DNA of 64,000 bases from Octopus sinensis (GCF_006345805.1 NC_043007.1:9176001-9240000); one strand, 5' to 3'; shown: positions 26,492 to 39,145, counted from the stretch's first letter. Translations and numbers: made by a program. Notes: a model not told the origin generated them from the letters alone.

Positions 26492-27066
26492 CACACATAC
26501 ACACACATATATATATGTATATATATCTATATATATATACATATATATGTATGTATATATATATATTTATAAAATATATTTATGTATATATATTTATATG
26601 TATATATGTACATATATGAATTTATACACGCACACACACACATATATATACTTGTTACTCATTTGCTTTGTATACACCTAACTTTGATCTGTTCGGATTA
26701 TACCGGACTCACTTGGTGTCTCAACTTATGTACCTAATTCTGAATCTTAATTATTTCATATATACATGTGTGTGTGTGCGTTTGTGTGCTTGTGTGTGGT
26801 AAAAATCTTTACTCTACACTTGTGAAGCTATTGATAATTCGAATTTTTTATATCTATATGTAGATATAAAATATACCATCTCCTTAATATCTTAAAAACA
26901 ATTATTAAATCAGGACAATAGCTGCGATTAATACTTGTTATATTTACGTTGTCTCGAAAGAATTTTTTCTTGTGCTACGTATTTTCTTACACGTTCGAAT
27001 ATACACGAAAATAAATGCGCATCTCATTCATTCAATTTTGTATTTGTGATTTCCTTTCGCTTGTAG

Positions 27067-27162
27067 AACGATAACACAACTGTCCAAAGATTAGTTCTTA
27101 ATAGACTGAAGAGAAGAAAAGTATTACTTTGCAGGCTTTTGGATAACAATGCCTGTAAACAA
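27067..27162 (+). CDS. Candidate internal exon, orphan gene (NDNTTVQRLVLNRLKRRKVLLCRLLDNNACKQ)
   Basis: Strong acceptor TTTCCTTTCGCTTGTAG, phase 0, open 32 codons. Donor uncertain (CAA|GTGTGA at 27163 or AAA|GTATTA at 27121). Confidence 0.5.
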
Positions 27163-27564
27163 GTGTGAAATCCTTTTTCGCCGAGATTTATCAACACGAA
27201 AATATTTTCGACCTTACCAACTGCTCACTGAAAGAAGAGCGGACCAAAAGGCTGCATATTCTACGTACTGAGGCAATCCAACTTAACGATATTATTCGAG
27301 TACTCTAGTAACAAAATCGATAAACGCCAAGCGTATTGATATCTTATAAAGACCCACTTGGTTTGGACGGCAAGGACATTCTTCTATCAATTGATACGCT
27401 TTATCGCTAAATTAACTTGGGATTGATTATCCTACAAACACATCCACTCATCGTGTAGTCATTTCGTGGCAGATTGAGAATCCATTATAAAATTAGTGGC
27501 ACACTCCATAACGAAAGTTCAGTAAGGTGAAACGTTTTAAATTGACACGAAAAATATATTAGAA

Positions 27565-27835
27565 AACTAGGGTCTTTTCACTTTGACCGGCAGATTTTAA
27601 AAATAATTTCTTTGTAACTAAACACTTTTAAACTTCGTATACTGGTAGTGTGTTACATAAAACATCTTTTTCTCTTGGCTTTCTTGAGAAAATTCTGTAG
27701 TTTGTAAGCTGTTTGTTGCTTAACTTCTTGCATTTCGGCAATTTCAATCAATCATTGACGTCTATTGAGGTGAATACAATATCTGCCGTATTTTGTCAAC
27801 AACATTTTCTAGACGTCATTGATTGGTTGAAATTA
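27565..27835. mobile_element. MITE-like fragment with internal inverted repeat
   Basis: 27740-27764 and 27810-27834 are inverted 25-mers with 2 mismatches. Confidence 0.55.
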
Positions 27836-27858
27836 AAAATGTACAAATTATAAAAATA

Positions 27859-27930
<72 letters not shown>

Positions 27931-27989
27931 GTACAATACTGTTTCTACTTCCCGGGCTTTCACCTATTGCGGCGGGTTTTAGAACGTAA

Positions 27990-28385
27990 CACCCACGATA
28001 GTCAAGGGATTACTGTAATGTGAAATGAAGTGTATTGCTAAAAACAAACAATGCTTCATGCTCGCTTCTGGAGTCGAAACCACAATATTACGATCGTGGT
28101 TTAACACCCCTAATGATTAGGTCACGTCACATGGTTAGATATTTACAGTTTGGAGTATTGTGAAATGAAGTGTTTTGCTCAAGAACACAATGCAACGCGC
28201 CCAATCCTGGAGTCGAAACCGCGATATTTTGATCGTGAACACCACACCCCAACCCATTAGGCTACATCATTAGATCGAGACCAGAATATTGTTAAACAGA
28301 GAGTTTTGCTCATGAACACAACTCACTGAGCCAGTCCTGGAGTCGAAACTCCGATCACCAGTGCAAAATTCCTAACCCACTCCTC
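27990..28385 (-). mobile_element. Three tandem degenerate SINE family D heads
   Basis: CTGGAGTCGAAAC occurs three times, twice preceded by GTGAAATGAAGTG. Confidence 0.65.
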
Positions 28386-28676
28386 TTCCCCAATATAAGA
28401 ACAGATATATACATAAATGCGTATTTCTGTCATTCTCATTATCTATATCACCCACTCAATCCATATATCATGTATGTACATCTGCGTGTTTGTGTGTGTC
28501 TATATATTCCTACGTTTGTGAATATTTTTGCGTGTGATAATATATTTTTCTTTTACTTATGTATATAAAAGCGAACGGATAGAGTTGAGTAAGTTTTTCA
28601 ATTTGTCTTAGACACGTACTTCTTTCGCTAAATCCTGCCCAAATCGCAGTTAAATCTCCACTAACCTCTCTTTCAG

Positions 28677-28742
28677 ATTTTTGTAACAACTAATAATGAC
28701 TACCGCAAGGCGTTTTCAAATCCTTATACGGCTATTCGTTGA
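28677..28742 (+). CDS. Candidate terminal coding exon, orphan gene (IFVTTNNDYRKAFSNPYTAIR*)
   Basis: CTAAC branch point plus CTCTCTTTCAG acceptor; phase 0; TGA at 28740-28742. Confidence 0.5.
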   Translation: MFVTTNNDYRKAFSNPYTAIR

Positions 28743-29271
28743 TGACGAACTAATTAGCTTATTTGTATCTGTTAATTAGTCTTCATTCACATCCGTACAT
28801 ATATCAACAGCGAATAATACAGAGAGCGGTGAGGGCCTGAATGTGTTAGTGTTGGTAACAGATAAGCATTGATTGTTCACGTTTTTTTATTATTTATTTA
28901 TACCCGCTGGTAGATTACATGCATAAGATTAGGAATGATAAATTAAAAGCGACAAACAGACCTAGGCACACACGTTTCAGAAATAATCATATGCATATAC
29001 ATACATATATGTATGTGTTTGCTGTGCGTATGTGTGCGATGTGTCTGTGTATATATATAGATGTATGGCATACATGTATGTGTGTATGCATGACTGTTGT
29101 GTATGCATAATATACATGTTAATGAATGCGATTTTCTCTTGGCTGGCGGGGATTCAAATTTAAACAATAGATGTTCAAATTTCAATTAATCAAAGAATCG
29201 TTTCTGAAAAAGGCAACATGGCAACAAAAGAATATGAAATGCGAGATATCTTTGGCAAAGTGCATCCCAAC

Positions 29272-29347
<76 letters not shown>

Positions 29348-29524
29348 GCACAGAAATATACTTGCGTGCACATGACGCCCACATGTATGTTTATATTATA
29401 TCTATCACTAAATAGACACATATATAAATATATATTTAGATACATATGCATGCACATATATCTCTTTATATATATATAAATAAATAAATATATATATATA
29501 TGTATATAATGTATATATATAATC

Positions 29525-29668
29525 ATATATATATATTTATGTATATATATGTGTGTGTACATATATATATGCACAATATAATGTTAATATATATATATAT
29601 ATATATTAACATTATATTGTGCATATATATATGTACACACACATATATATACATAAATATATATATAT
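29525..29668. repeat. Perfect 144-bp palindrome centred on (AT)n
   Basis: Arms are exact reverse complements, including non-microsatellite GCACAATATAATGTTAA / TTAACATTATATTGTGC; centre 29596/29597. Confidence 0.95.
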
Positions 29669-29690
29669 ACACACACACACACGCACACAC

Positions 29691-29725
<35 letters not shown>

Positions 29726-29768
29726 TTATATATATATATATATATACATATTTATACATATTTATACA

Positions 29769-29817
<49 letters not shown>

Positions 29818-30425
29818 TTCAGAATATTTAGATTAGTATATGTATCAATTTTTTGTCTATCTATGTTAGAAAGCCGTATTATATTATTATTTAAAAAAAA
29901 AAAAGAAGAATATATTTATAGAATGTTAGTCGCATTTATTCACACTTACTCATACGTACAGACTAGAATATTCGCGTACATACATCTACTCATATCTCAT
30001 CATTCGTAAATTACGGACGCCGACTCACATACACGAGCACACTCAATTTCATTCACGCACACATAAGCCCACATCGTATACTAATTATAAGGAGAGTAAA
30101 TCTAATTTTTACGCCAACTGGCAAACTTGCTCTTATACCGATAGTTGCAATTGTAAGACGTAAAACAATGCAAAGGCAAAAAAGTAGTGGTTGCAGGCGG
30201 AAGTGTTAGTCGACGCCATTATTGGATCGGTTATATATTTTATGAACGCCGGCGTGATGGAAAATAAAATTTCGTCTCGTCAGGATACCTCGCAACTCAG
30301 AAGGTTAAGAATTGAGTACAGACTATAGATTATTTTGTTCGACGCTCTAAAGATTTTGTCGATTCGCTGTCCTTGATTACTTACCTTCGAACTCATATGG
30401 GTTAAAAATTTGATAGGAAGAATTA

Positions 30426-30690
30426 ATATGTTTCTTTATAAGCCACACAGGGCTGCACACAGACGCGACAGATTACAAAGTAGAGCTTTTCTTTTTGGGG
30501 AGAAAGAAAAAAATGTGGGGTATGTTTTCGATCAAAAGAGATCGTAAAAGGGGGAAAAAAGCGGTCAATAGGGATCGTATATCACAGAAATGCCATGTTG
30601 TAGAGTGTAAAGGGGGAAGCAGATGAGGTTTATCCGTGGAAAGAAAAGCCTACGGAAAAGACCACGGTAACCTCGGTAAATACTGTCACA
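30426..30690 (-). mobile_element. 5'-truncated 3'UTR copy of Tx1 family A
   Basis: Reverse complement matches about 4065-4369 (GAGGTTACCGTGGTCTTTTCCGTAGGC...GCAGCCCTGTGTGGCT.ATAAAGAAACATAT). Confidence 0.9.
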
Positions 30691-30849
30691 TCTTAACAAA
30701 TTTGTTTGCAAGTAAGTAACCCTCTGTTTTTAATTTTTCCCGGATAGATTGAAGTAATCATAGTACTTTCCATGTAAATTAAATTTATAGATCTTGGCGT
30801 CACATCATCCAAAATATTAATAATAGTGTCATATTTGAACGCAGGGATA

Positions 30850-31230
30850 TCAGTCTTTGAGTGGCTGGAGTAGTCGATGAAATCGAACTCGGTACCTATT
30901 CTATTGACCTCAGAAGGATGAAAGTCAATGTCGACTTCGGCGGAATTTGGACTCAGAACGTCAAGATGGGCGAAATGCCGCAAAAGATTGTCTAGCATGC
31001 TAACAATTTTGTCAGATCCCTGTGAAATTTTGACACAAGGCCAGCGGTTTGTGGGGAGGTGCTAAGTCGTTTACATCGACCCCAGCATTCCACTGCTTCA
31101 TATCTTATCGACCCTGAAAAGATAAAAAGGCAAAGTCAACCTCGGCAGAATTTGAATGTAAAGGCGGACGAAATACCTGTAAACATTGTTCGACGTGCTA
31201 ACCACCCAGTCAGGTCACAATCTTAACCAA
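30850..31230 (-). mobile_element. Two degenerate SINE family B copies
   Basis: GATGAAAGTCAATGTCGACTTCGGCGGAATTTG and GGCAAAGTCAACCTCGGCAGAATTTG. Confidence 0.7.
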
Positions 31231-31349
31231 AATATTAATAATGATTTCTAACATAATTCCTAGCATTGATATAAGGCCATAAGGCAGTGCAACTTATGAC
31301 AGTTAATAAAATCCTCCTCACCGCTCCGTTTCCAACTAATGAAAGGAGT

Positions 31350-31750
31350 GACATATATGGCTGTGTGGTAAGTAGCTTGCTAACCAACTACATGGTTCCG
31401 GGTTCAGTCCCACTGCGTGGCATCTTGGGCAAATGTCTTCTGCTATGGCCCCGGGCCGACCAATGCCTTGTGAGTGGATTTGGTAGACGGAAACTGAAAG
31501 AAGCCTGTCGTATATATGTATACATATATATATATATGTATGTGTGTGTGTTTGTGTGTCTGTGTTTGTCCCCCTAGCATTGCTTGACAACCGATGCTGG
31601 TGTGTTTATGTCCCCGTCACTTAGCGGTTCGGCAAAAAGAGACCGATAGAATAAGTACTGGGCTTACAAAGAATAAGTCCCGGGGTCGATTTGCTCGACT
31701 AAAGGCAGTGCTCCAGCATGGCCGCAGTCAAATGACTGAAACAAGTGAAA
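31350..31750 (+). mobile_element. SINE family A, full length
   Basis: Head, internal (TA)(TG) tract and tail. Confidence 0.9.
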
Positions 31751-33044
31751 GATAGAATGTGTTTGTTCCGCATCTTAGCGGTTCGGCAAAATAAAACGAT
31801 AGAATAAGCACCAAACATAGAAAAATATATAGGCACCGAGTTTGATTTGTTCGACAGAAACTTCTATTGCAATGCTCCTATATGCCGCAATCCTATCACT
31901 GAAACCAGTAACGGTTGTAAGCGCTACATCCTGCGTATTCTGACAATGCTTAGGTGAATGTGCTATGTCTAAATAGCTATGAATTATTGAAGCGGTATAA
32001 ATATCTCCTTGGCGAGGAATAACTGAAAACTTCTTCTTGTATAAAACGAGTGATGTTGTATGGAAAGAAAACAGAACGCCTGGCTTTTACTTTCATGTTT
32101 CCCTCCAGGGTATTCATAGCTTATGTGAATCAATGTCTGCTCATGTGGGAATCGAAACCGATTCGATCATATGATTCACGGAGATTTTAACACTTACATT
32201 AAGACACTGATCGCAAGAATAAACATCGTATTTCAAATAATATATTTCCTTAAAATATATTTATCAAGATTCAGAATAAATCGGTTTGCGAATGCTTTAA
32301 ATCCTCCCGAGTCAGGATTAAGTTTTATTTTCCGTCCCAACGTTATTTCGTTTGAATATTTCACAAAGATTATGGAAATGCCGTTTCTAAGCAAAGATTT
32401 TCTTTATCTTCTCTTAATCTATTTCTAACGTAGCCAAGACATGACAATGGCTTGCTTTGGGCTCTCGACACATTTACGCTCTGTTTCAACTAAATCTAGC
32501 TATGAATAATATTTCCCATTTTTTTTCTTTGATATCGACGTAATGGTTGCAGATAGTTGCAGTAATTACTCTCTAGGTATTATTGATAAATATAATGCTA
32601 ATATGCCGAAAGGATTCGATTGGAATATTGATACTTAGTTTTCCTTGATTTTCCTTCCAAGAATAATTTCTTAATCCTTTTTTATTGATGTAATTGTTTG
32701 GGTTTTGTCTTCTGCCTGCTTATGTGCGTCTTCTCTACTTGCAACTCTGATAATCGTTGTCACTTAACATAGGTTTTACATACATCCGACGCTTTCATAC
32801 ACAAATAGGTGTAATTGTATATCATACATACACAGATGTGTAGCAATAAACGCTACAATCTAGAATTGCCTATCTCTTGAGACGTATGTTCAATATGTGG
32901 AAAATATGAAAGAATATCTCTGTCTCTCTCTCTCTCTATGTAGTGTTGCTTTTATTTTTACTATTATAATTACTGTTCTGGTTCTTGTATTTATGTGTGT
33001 ATGTTTGTTGTTTTGGTTGTTCTTGTTGTTATTGATGTTGCTGT

Positions 33045-34660
33045 TAAGGCTGCGAGCTGGCAGAAACGTTAGCACGCCGGGTGAAATGCATAGCCGTATT
33101 TCATCTGCCGTTACGTTCTGAGTTCAAATTCCGCCGAGGTCGACTTTGCCTTTCATCCTTTCGGGGTCGATTAAGTACCAGTTACGAACTGGGGCCTATA
33201 TATTCGACTTAATCCGTTTGTCGGTCCTTGTTTTTCCTCTCTCTGTTTAGCCCCTTGTGGGCAGTAAAGAAATACGTATTTCGTCTGCCGCTACGTTCTG
33301 AGTTCAAATTCTGCTGAGGTCGACTTTGCCTTTCATCCTTTCTGGGTCGATTAAGTACCAGTTACGTACTGGGCCCAATATAATCGACTTAATCCGTTTT
33401 CTGTCCTTTATTATCCTCTCTGTGTTTATCCCCTTGTGGGTAGTAAAGAAATAAGTATTTCGTCAGCCGCTTCGTTCTGAGTTCAAATTCCGCCGAGGTC
33501 GACTTTGCCTTTCATCCTTTCGGAGTCGACAAATTAAGTACCAGTTACGCACTGGGGCCAATATAATCGACTTAATCCGTTTTTCTGTCCTTGATTATCC
33601 TCTATGTGTTTATCCCCTTGTGGGTAGTAAAGAAATAAGTATTTCGTCAGCCGCTTCGTTCTGAGTTCAAATTCCGCCGAGGTCGACTTTGCCTTTCATC
33701 CTTTCGGAGTCGACAAATTAAGTACACGTTACACACTGGGATCGATGTAATCGACTTAATCCGTTTGTCTGTCCTTGTTTTTCCCCTCTGTGTTTTGCCC
33801 CTTGTGGGCAGTAAAGAAATAACAAACCTTAGCACGCCGGGCGAAATGCTTAGCAGTATTTCGTCTGTCTTTATGCTCTGAGTTGAAACTCCGCCGAGGT
33901 CGACTTTGCCTTTCATCCTTTCAGGGGTCGATAATTTAAGTACCAGTTGCGTACTGCGGCCGATCTAATTGACTGGCCCCTTCCCCACAAATTTCGCGTC
34001 TTGTGCTTATAGTAGGAAAGAATCGTTAACACGCTAGGCAAGATATTTAGTAGCATTTCATGTCTTTACGTTCTGAGTTCAAATTTCGCCTAGGTCAACT
34101 TTGCCTTTCATCCGTTCCGTATCGATTAAATAACTACACCTTATGCACTGAATTCGATGTAATTGACTTAACACCTCCTCTAAAACTTCAAGCCTTGTGC
34201 TTTTAGTAGAAGGGATTATTATTAATATTGGTCTGGTTGTTGTCGTATGTAGTGTGTATGGTTACTATTATTTTTATTTGTTTTTGTTACTGTTGGGCTG
34301 AGCTGGTAGAATCGATAGCACGCGGGGCAAAATGTGTAGCGGCATTTCGTCGGTTTTTGCGTTCTGAGTTCAAATTTCCTTAAGGTCGACATTTCCTTTC
34401 ATCCTTTCGGGGTCGATAAGTACCAGCTGATCTCTAGGGTCGCTGTAAACGACTGAAACCCTTTCCTCCGAAATTGTTGGCTGTGTGCCAAAATTTAAAA
34501 CCGTTATTTGTATTGTTGATATTAAGGCCGTGAGCTGGTGTAATTCTGAGGACGCCAGTGAAAATGCTTAGCATCACTGCTTACGTCTTTATCAGCTGAG
34601 TTCAAATTCCGCCGATGTCGACTACATCATTTCGGGGTCGATAAATTAAGTACATTCTCA
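33045..34660 (+). mobile_element. Tandem array of about 8 SINE family B modules
   Basis: Units start at GTATTTCGTC (33276, 33455, 33639; periods 179 and 184 bp) after an initial full head; later units are decayed. Confidence 0.9.
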
Positions 34661-34933
34661 GTTCAATTCCATGAGAGGCCGATAAAATAAACTTATAATT
34701 TGTCGGCTTCATCATTTTAGGGATGATAAATCACGTACATTCTAAGTTCAGTTCCCCCAGGGGTTGAAAAAACAAACTTTCTGACGTGTAATACGATCAA
34801 TCTCACTTGATCGATGTGAAATATGTGGCCTTGCAGCATATCATCATCGTTGTTGTCTCGTCGTCGTCGTCGTCATCATTATCATCATTATTGTTGTTGT
34901 TGTTATTATCATCATTATTATTATTATTATTAT

Positions 34934-35916
34934 GAAGGGTGGCGGTGGTGCAATGATCACTACAGAGTCGTCCAACAGACGGGTCATTCCTGCAAGTGAC
35001 AGCAACTGTTTAACATAACCCCACAAGTCAGCAATGCCCGAACACTGAAAGATGGCGTTTCAGAACGATTTCTTCACTCTGTGCGCACCTCGGACAAGTC
35101 GCTCTGGCAGCACATCCATAACTGTAGAGTTTATCTCGAACCGGTAGCACCCCCTGTAGCACTGCCAGGCAAAGGACATCTGGAAATTTTCCATGATAGT
35201 TCCCGACCGGAAAATCATCCGGAAGAGACTAGACATTTCGCTCTCGTCGGCGCCCAGAATCTCCCTGAGAACATCGTCCCTCTTACCCGCCACTAATCCT
35301 CTATAAATTTCTAAAGTGGAACATCCACCGATCCTATTGCCCGACTGATAAAGGTTTGTGAGCGCCTGACAGCCTAGTGCAAGAAGGCAGGCAAGGCAGT
35401 TTTCCTTCGCCTAGTGGCTGTGGCGAAAGAGGTTGTTTGGTGGACAAGGCTAAAAAGCATGTGGGACAGATACTTTCCCTCTTTTGTTGAGCTCTTCCTT
35501 GAAAAGGAATTTGAGGGTGGAGAGGGAAGTGCTGTCCTCAAGTGAGTTTATTGAAAGGTGGGAGAGTCTCGAAAAGGGCAAGAGTTGGATGGTATCTCTC
35601 TAAGTGTTGACCTGTGAGTCGGAGAGAAGGAATTGGAGAGGGTACTTGCTTCTGGGGTTTCAGGGAAATCTAGGACAGTAGGGTTCCTCGATTACCCCTA
35701 GAGGCGTTTCTGTATCAGGAGGGACACATCTCTATCATCCTCCCCCGCCTATTTATTTTTTACCTTTGTATGCTATACATATGTCCTTTCTTTTCCAGTG
35801 TATACCGTGTATACATTTTCTTTATCATTTCATTATTATAGGTAAACCCCCACCCTTCGTGTCTGTCTCTGTATTATACCCCTCAACTTTCGCCCTTGTG
35901 GCAAATAAATGAAATC
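34934..35916 (+). mobile_element. Tx1-clade LINE family B, 5'-truncated with 5' inversion
   Basis: 34934-35372 (minus) encodes CQALTNL..YRGLV..AWQCYR..CPRC..IAPPPPF; 35380-35916 (plus) continues KKAGKAVF..KEVVWWTRLK through the 3'UTR to AATAAATGAAATC. Flanked by TTATTATTATTATTAT at 34918-34933 and 35918-35933. Confidence 0.85.
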
Positions 35917-36201
35917 TTTATTATTATTATTATGGAGGCGGCGATCAGGCAGAATCGTTAGCACGACGGGAGAAATGGTTTTCGTCCGTCTTTATGTTCT
36001 GAGTGACTATAGTGGAAAGTACTATTGTTATTTCTATTATTATTGTTATCAAGGCGGCGAGCTAGCAGAATCGTTAGTACGCTGGACAAAATACTTATAA
36101 TTATATTATTATTATCATTATTATTATTATTATTATTATTAATATTATTATTATTATTATTATGATTGTTATTATTATTATTATCATCATCATCATCATC
36201 A

Positions 36202-36239
<38 letters not shown>

Positions 36240-36240
36240 G

Positions 36241-36460
36241 TGGAGGCGCAATGGCCCAGTGGTTAGGGTAGCGGACTCATGGCCGGAGGATCGCGGTTTC
36301 GATTCCTAGACCGAGCGTTATGTGTGTTTATTGAGCGGAAACACCTAGAAGCTCCACGAGTTTCCGGCAGGGGGTGGTGGCGAACCCTTTTGTCCTCTTT
36401 CGCCACAACTTTCTCTCACTCTCTCTTCCTGTTTCTTGAGGAACGCTGCGATGGACTGGA
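36241..36460 (+). mobile_element. SINE family C, truncated
   Basis: Head, then CTGCGATGGACTGG. Confidence 0.85.
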
Positions 36461-36469
36461 AAACTGCCT

Positions 36470-36560
36470 GCAACAATTTATATGCGATTGGAAAATCAAA
36501 AAAGCTCGACAAATGTGTACCACACGATTTGAATAAAAATTGTAATGGTACTTTATTTGA
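36470..36560 (+). pseudogene. mariner transposase fragment
   Basis: NLYAIGKSKKLDKCVPHDL resembles the mariner GK..K...WVPHEL motif. Confidence 0.65.
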
Positions 36561-36637
36561 TGAATAAAATCTCCGCATTGATTAAATACATTATGATGAA
36601 TTTCATGTTTCAAAACGTTGCTTACATTTTACCCAGC

Positions 36638-36689
<52 letters not shown>

Positions 36690-37136
36690 CTTGCTGCACT
36701 AGTTCATTTAGCTGTTGAAATGTGAAACCACATCACTAGTCCCATACTGTATCGCTTTTGTCTCTACTTTAAACCATATCTTTGACGATAAGAGGGGAGA
36801 CTGATATGCATGGGTGACTGCTGGACTTACCACAATATTGACGGCCCTAAATCCGAGCCCTCTTAAAAGAAGGTTACGATGAGTTTGGTGGTGTTCTGCC
36901 CGACTCACCCACTATAACTTCTTAAAACCCGGAAAAACCAAACATCTTATGTGCAATCCCATGGCCATTCTTGACCGAAAGGGGTTTTTAAGGTCTTATG
37001 TATAAAGATATACATAGGGCAGCTTAGCAAACAGGGAAACAAAGCTCAAAACCTATGTGTATATATTTATATATATACATATATATTTTTCTATGCATCA
37101 GCAGTTTCGTTGACTGACACTCATACTACATATGTT

Positions 37137-37182
<46 letters not shown>

Positions 37183-37779
37183 CAGAGAAATACGTGTGTC
37201 ATATCCGTTTGTATGTGTGTATATGCTTAATATGTATCTCACACTTCTGATGCGAACATGCTTGCGTGTGAGTGTGTATATATGTGAGCTGTACGCGTGT
37301 GTACATGTATATGAGTGTCTGTGTATACTACGCTCTTTCACTCTATGCAAATTTAAGTGTGTTCTTGTATGTCTGAGATATATCGGCAATTAGATTTTAC
37401 GAAGTAATGAACGCATTTTAACTAAATATACACAAGCTTCCGGTTTTTAATTCGCCTATAATATCACGTGAACTGCTAAGTACTTTTCATTTTCTAAATC
37501 TAAGTAGCTCAACATTGTTTCAATACCGGTTTTAATTGTTTGCCTTTTGTATACAGCGGTTTTCTAACATACGCATTGACTTGATTTAGCTTTAAACAAA
37601 TAATTTAATGGTATATATTGTGTAGCATTTGCAAGAAGTTGTCAGCTTAATGTCCAGTATCTTTCCTTCTTTAACTTACATTTAAATAGCTTAAATGAAG
37701 CTTAAATCAGACTTAGCGTATAATAAAATATAAACGCATTCTGCCATCTACACTAAACATCTCTTTATATATTCTTTTA

Positions 37780-38170
37780 CGCTTTTACTTGTTTCAGTCA
37801 TTTGACTGCGGCCATGCAGGAGCACCACCTTTAGTCGAGTAGATCGACAGCAGGAGTTACTCTTTGTAATCCTAGTACTTATTCTTACGGTCTCTTTTGC
37901 CGAACCGCTAACTTAAGGGGACGTAAACACACCACCATCGTTTGTCAAGCTATGTTGGGGGACAAACACAGACACACAAACACATACACAAAAACACATA
38001 TACATATATACGACGGGCTTCTTTCAGTTTCCGTCTACCAAATCTACTCCCAAGGCTTTGGTCGGCCCGAGGCTGTAGTAGAAGACACATGCCCAAGGTG
38101 CCACGCAGTGGGACTGAACCCGGAACCATGTTGCTGGTAAGCAAGCTACTTACCACAGAACCACTCCTAC
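37780..38170 (-). mobile_element. SINE family A
   Basis: Reverse complement, full length. Confidence 0.9.
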
Positions 38171-38211
38171 TGTATATCTATATATATATATATATATATT
38201 TGCATATGTAT

Positions 38212-38244
<33 letters not shown>

Positions 38245-38332
38245 GTTAATCCAAACATGAAAACACAACAACGCGAGGACGTGGAACAAGTATAGCATTA
38301 TTGGACGATCAGGAAGGAAGGGAAGAAGGAGG

Positions 38333-38367
38333 GTTTTACGTTTCGAGCGGAGCTCTTCGTCAGAAAC
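38333..38367 (-). ncRNA. Minimal type I hammerhead motif in PLE-type remnant (38235-38445)
   Basis: GTTT-CTGACGA-A-GAGC-TCC-GCTC-GAAA-CG-TA-AAAC: stem I 4 bp, stem II 4 bp, palindromic ACGT stem III, one extra A before stem II. Confidence 0.7.
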
Positions 38368-38899
38368 ATAGGAAAAGGAAAGATCCAAAGAAGGGGAGAC
38401 GGAGGAAAAACAAATCAACAACGGTACACACGCGGTCACATTTTGAATGGATATAAATATAAAGTCGTATCATTGAATTTTCTATTCGCCCATGTAAATC
38501 GTGCTCTCTCTTTGTGGCATCGCAGTTAGGCTTGATGCAGTTCTTCGTACAGTAGTTGTCGACGTAATTGATGCTGGCTTTGTTAGTGCTGTCATCGACG
38601 TTATTGTCGTGGCTGTCATCGATATTCCTGATGTCGTGGCTGATGTTGCTGTTTTGCTATAAGTAACATAGAGAATGAACATATAGCCTAATGGCTAATC
38701 TACTTCTATATCCAATATGTCTGCTTGAAATACATCTCTTTTAGTTCGTTAAGATTGTTTTTCGTTTTTTCCTATTTTGGTGTAAATTCGTGTATGTTGT
38801 TTATATAGATGTTTGTTTGTTTCTCCCATTGTCTGTATTTTCAATCATCCTTAGATTATGTGTATATAATATATATATATATATTATATATATATATAC

Positions 38900-38955
<56 letters not shown>

Positions 38956-39145
38956 TAATATATACACATACACGCACATATATATGCATATATATATACA
39001 TATATATATATTAATTATACACATACACGCCACATATATATGCATATATATATATACATATATATATATATACATAAGTGTACATATGTTTATACATATA
39101 TATGGATATATATGGATATAAATATGGATATATATATATATTTAT

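Noticed and set aside
27135-27272. Alternative exon frame FWITMPVNKCEILFRR...
   Set aside because: Weaker acceptor and phase 1 entry, incompatible with the preceding phase 0 exon; kept only as an alternative.
30262-30290. Minus-strand CTGACGA-GAC-GAAA hammerhead core
   Set aside because: Only 3 nt lie between the core halves, so stem II cannot form, and there is no stem I.
33045-34020. CRISPR-like array
   Set aside because: Units are about 180-bp SINE modules without unique spacers; the context is eukaryotic with no cas genes.
38482-38682. Mucin-like Thr/Ser-rich ORF
   Set aside because: Degenerate (GTT/GAT)n trinucleotide tract with no splice or start support.
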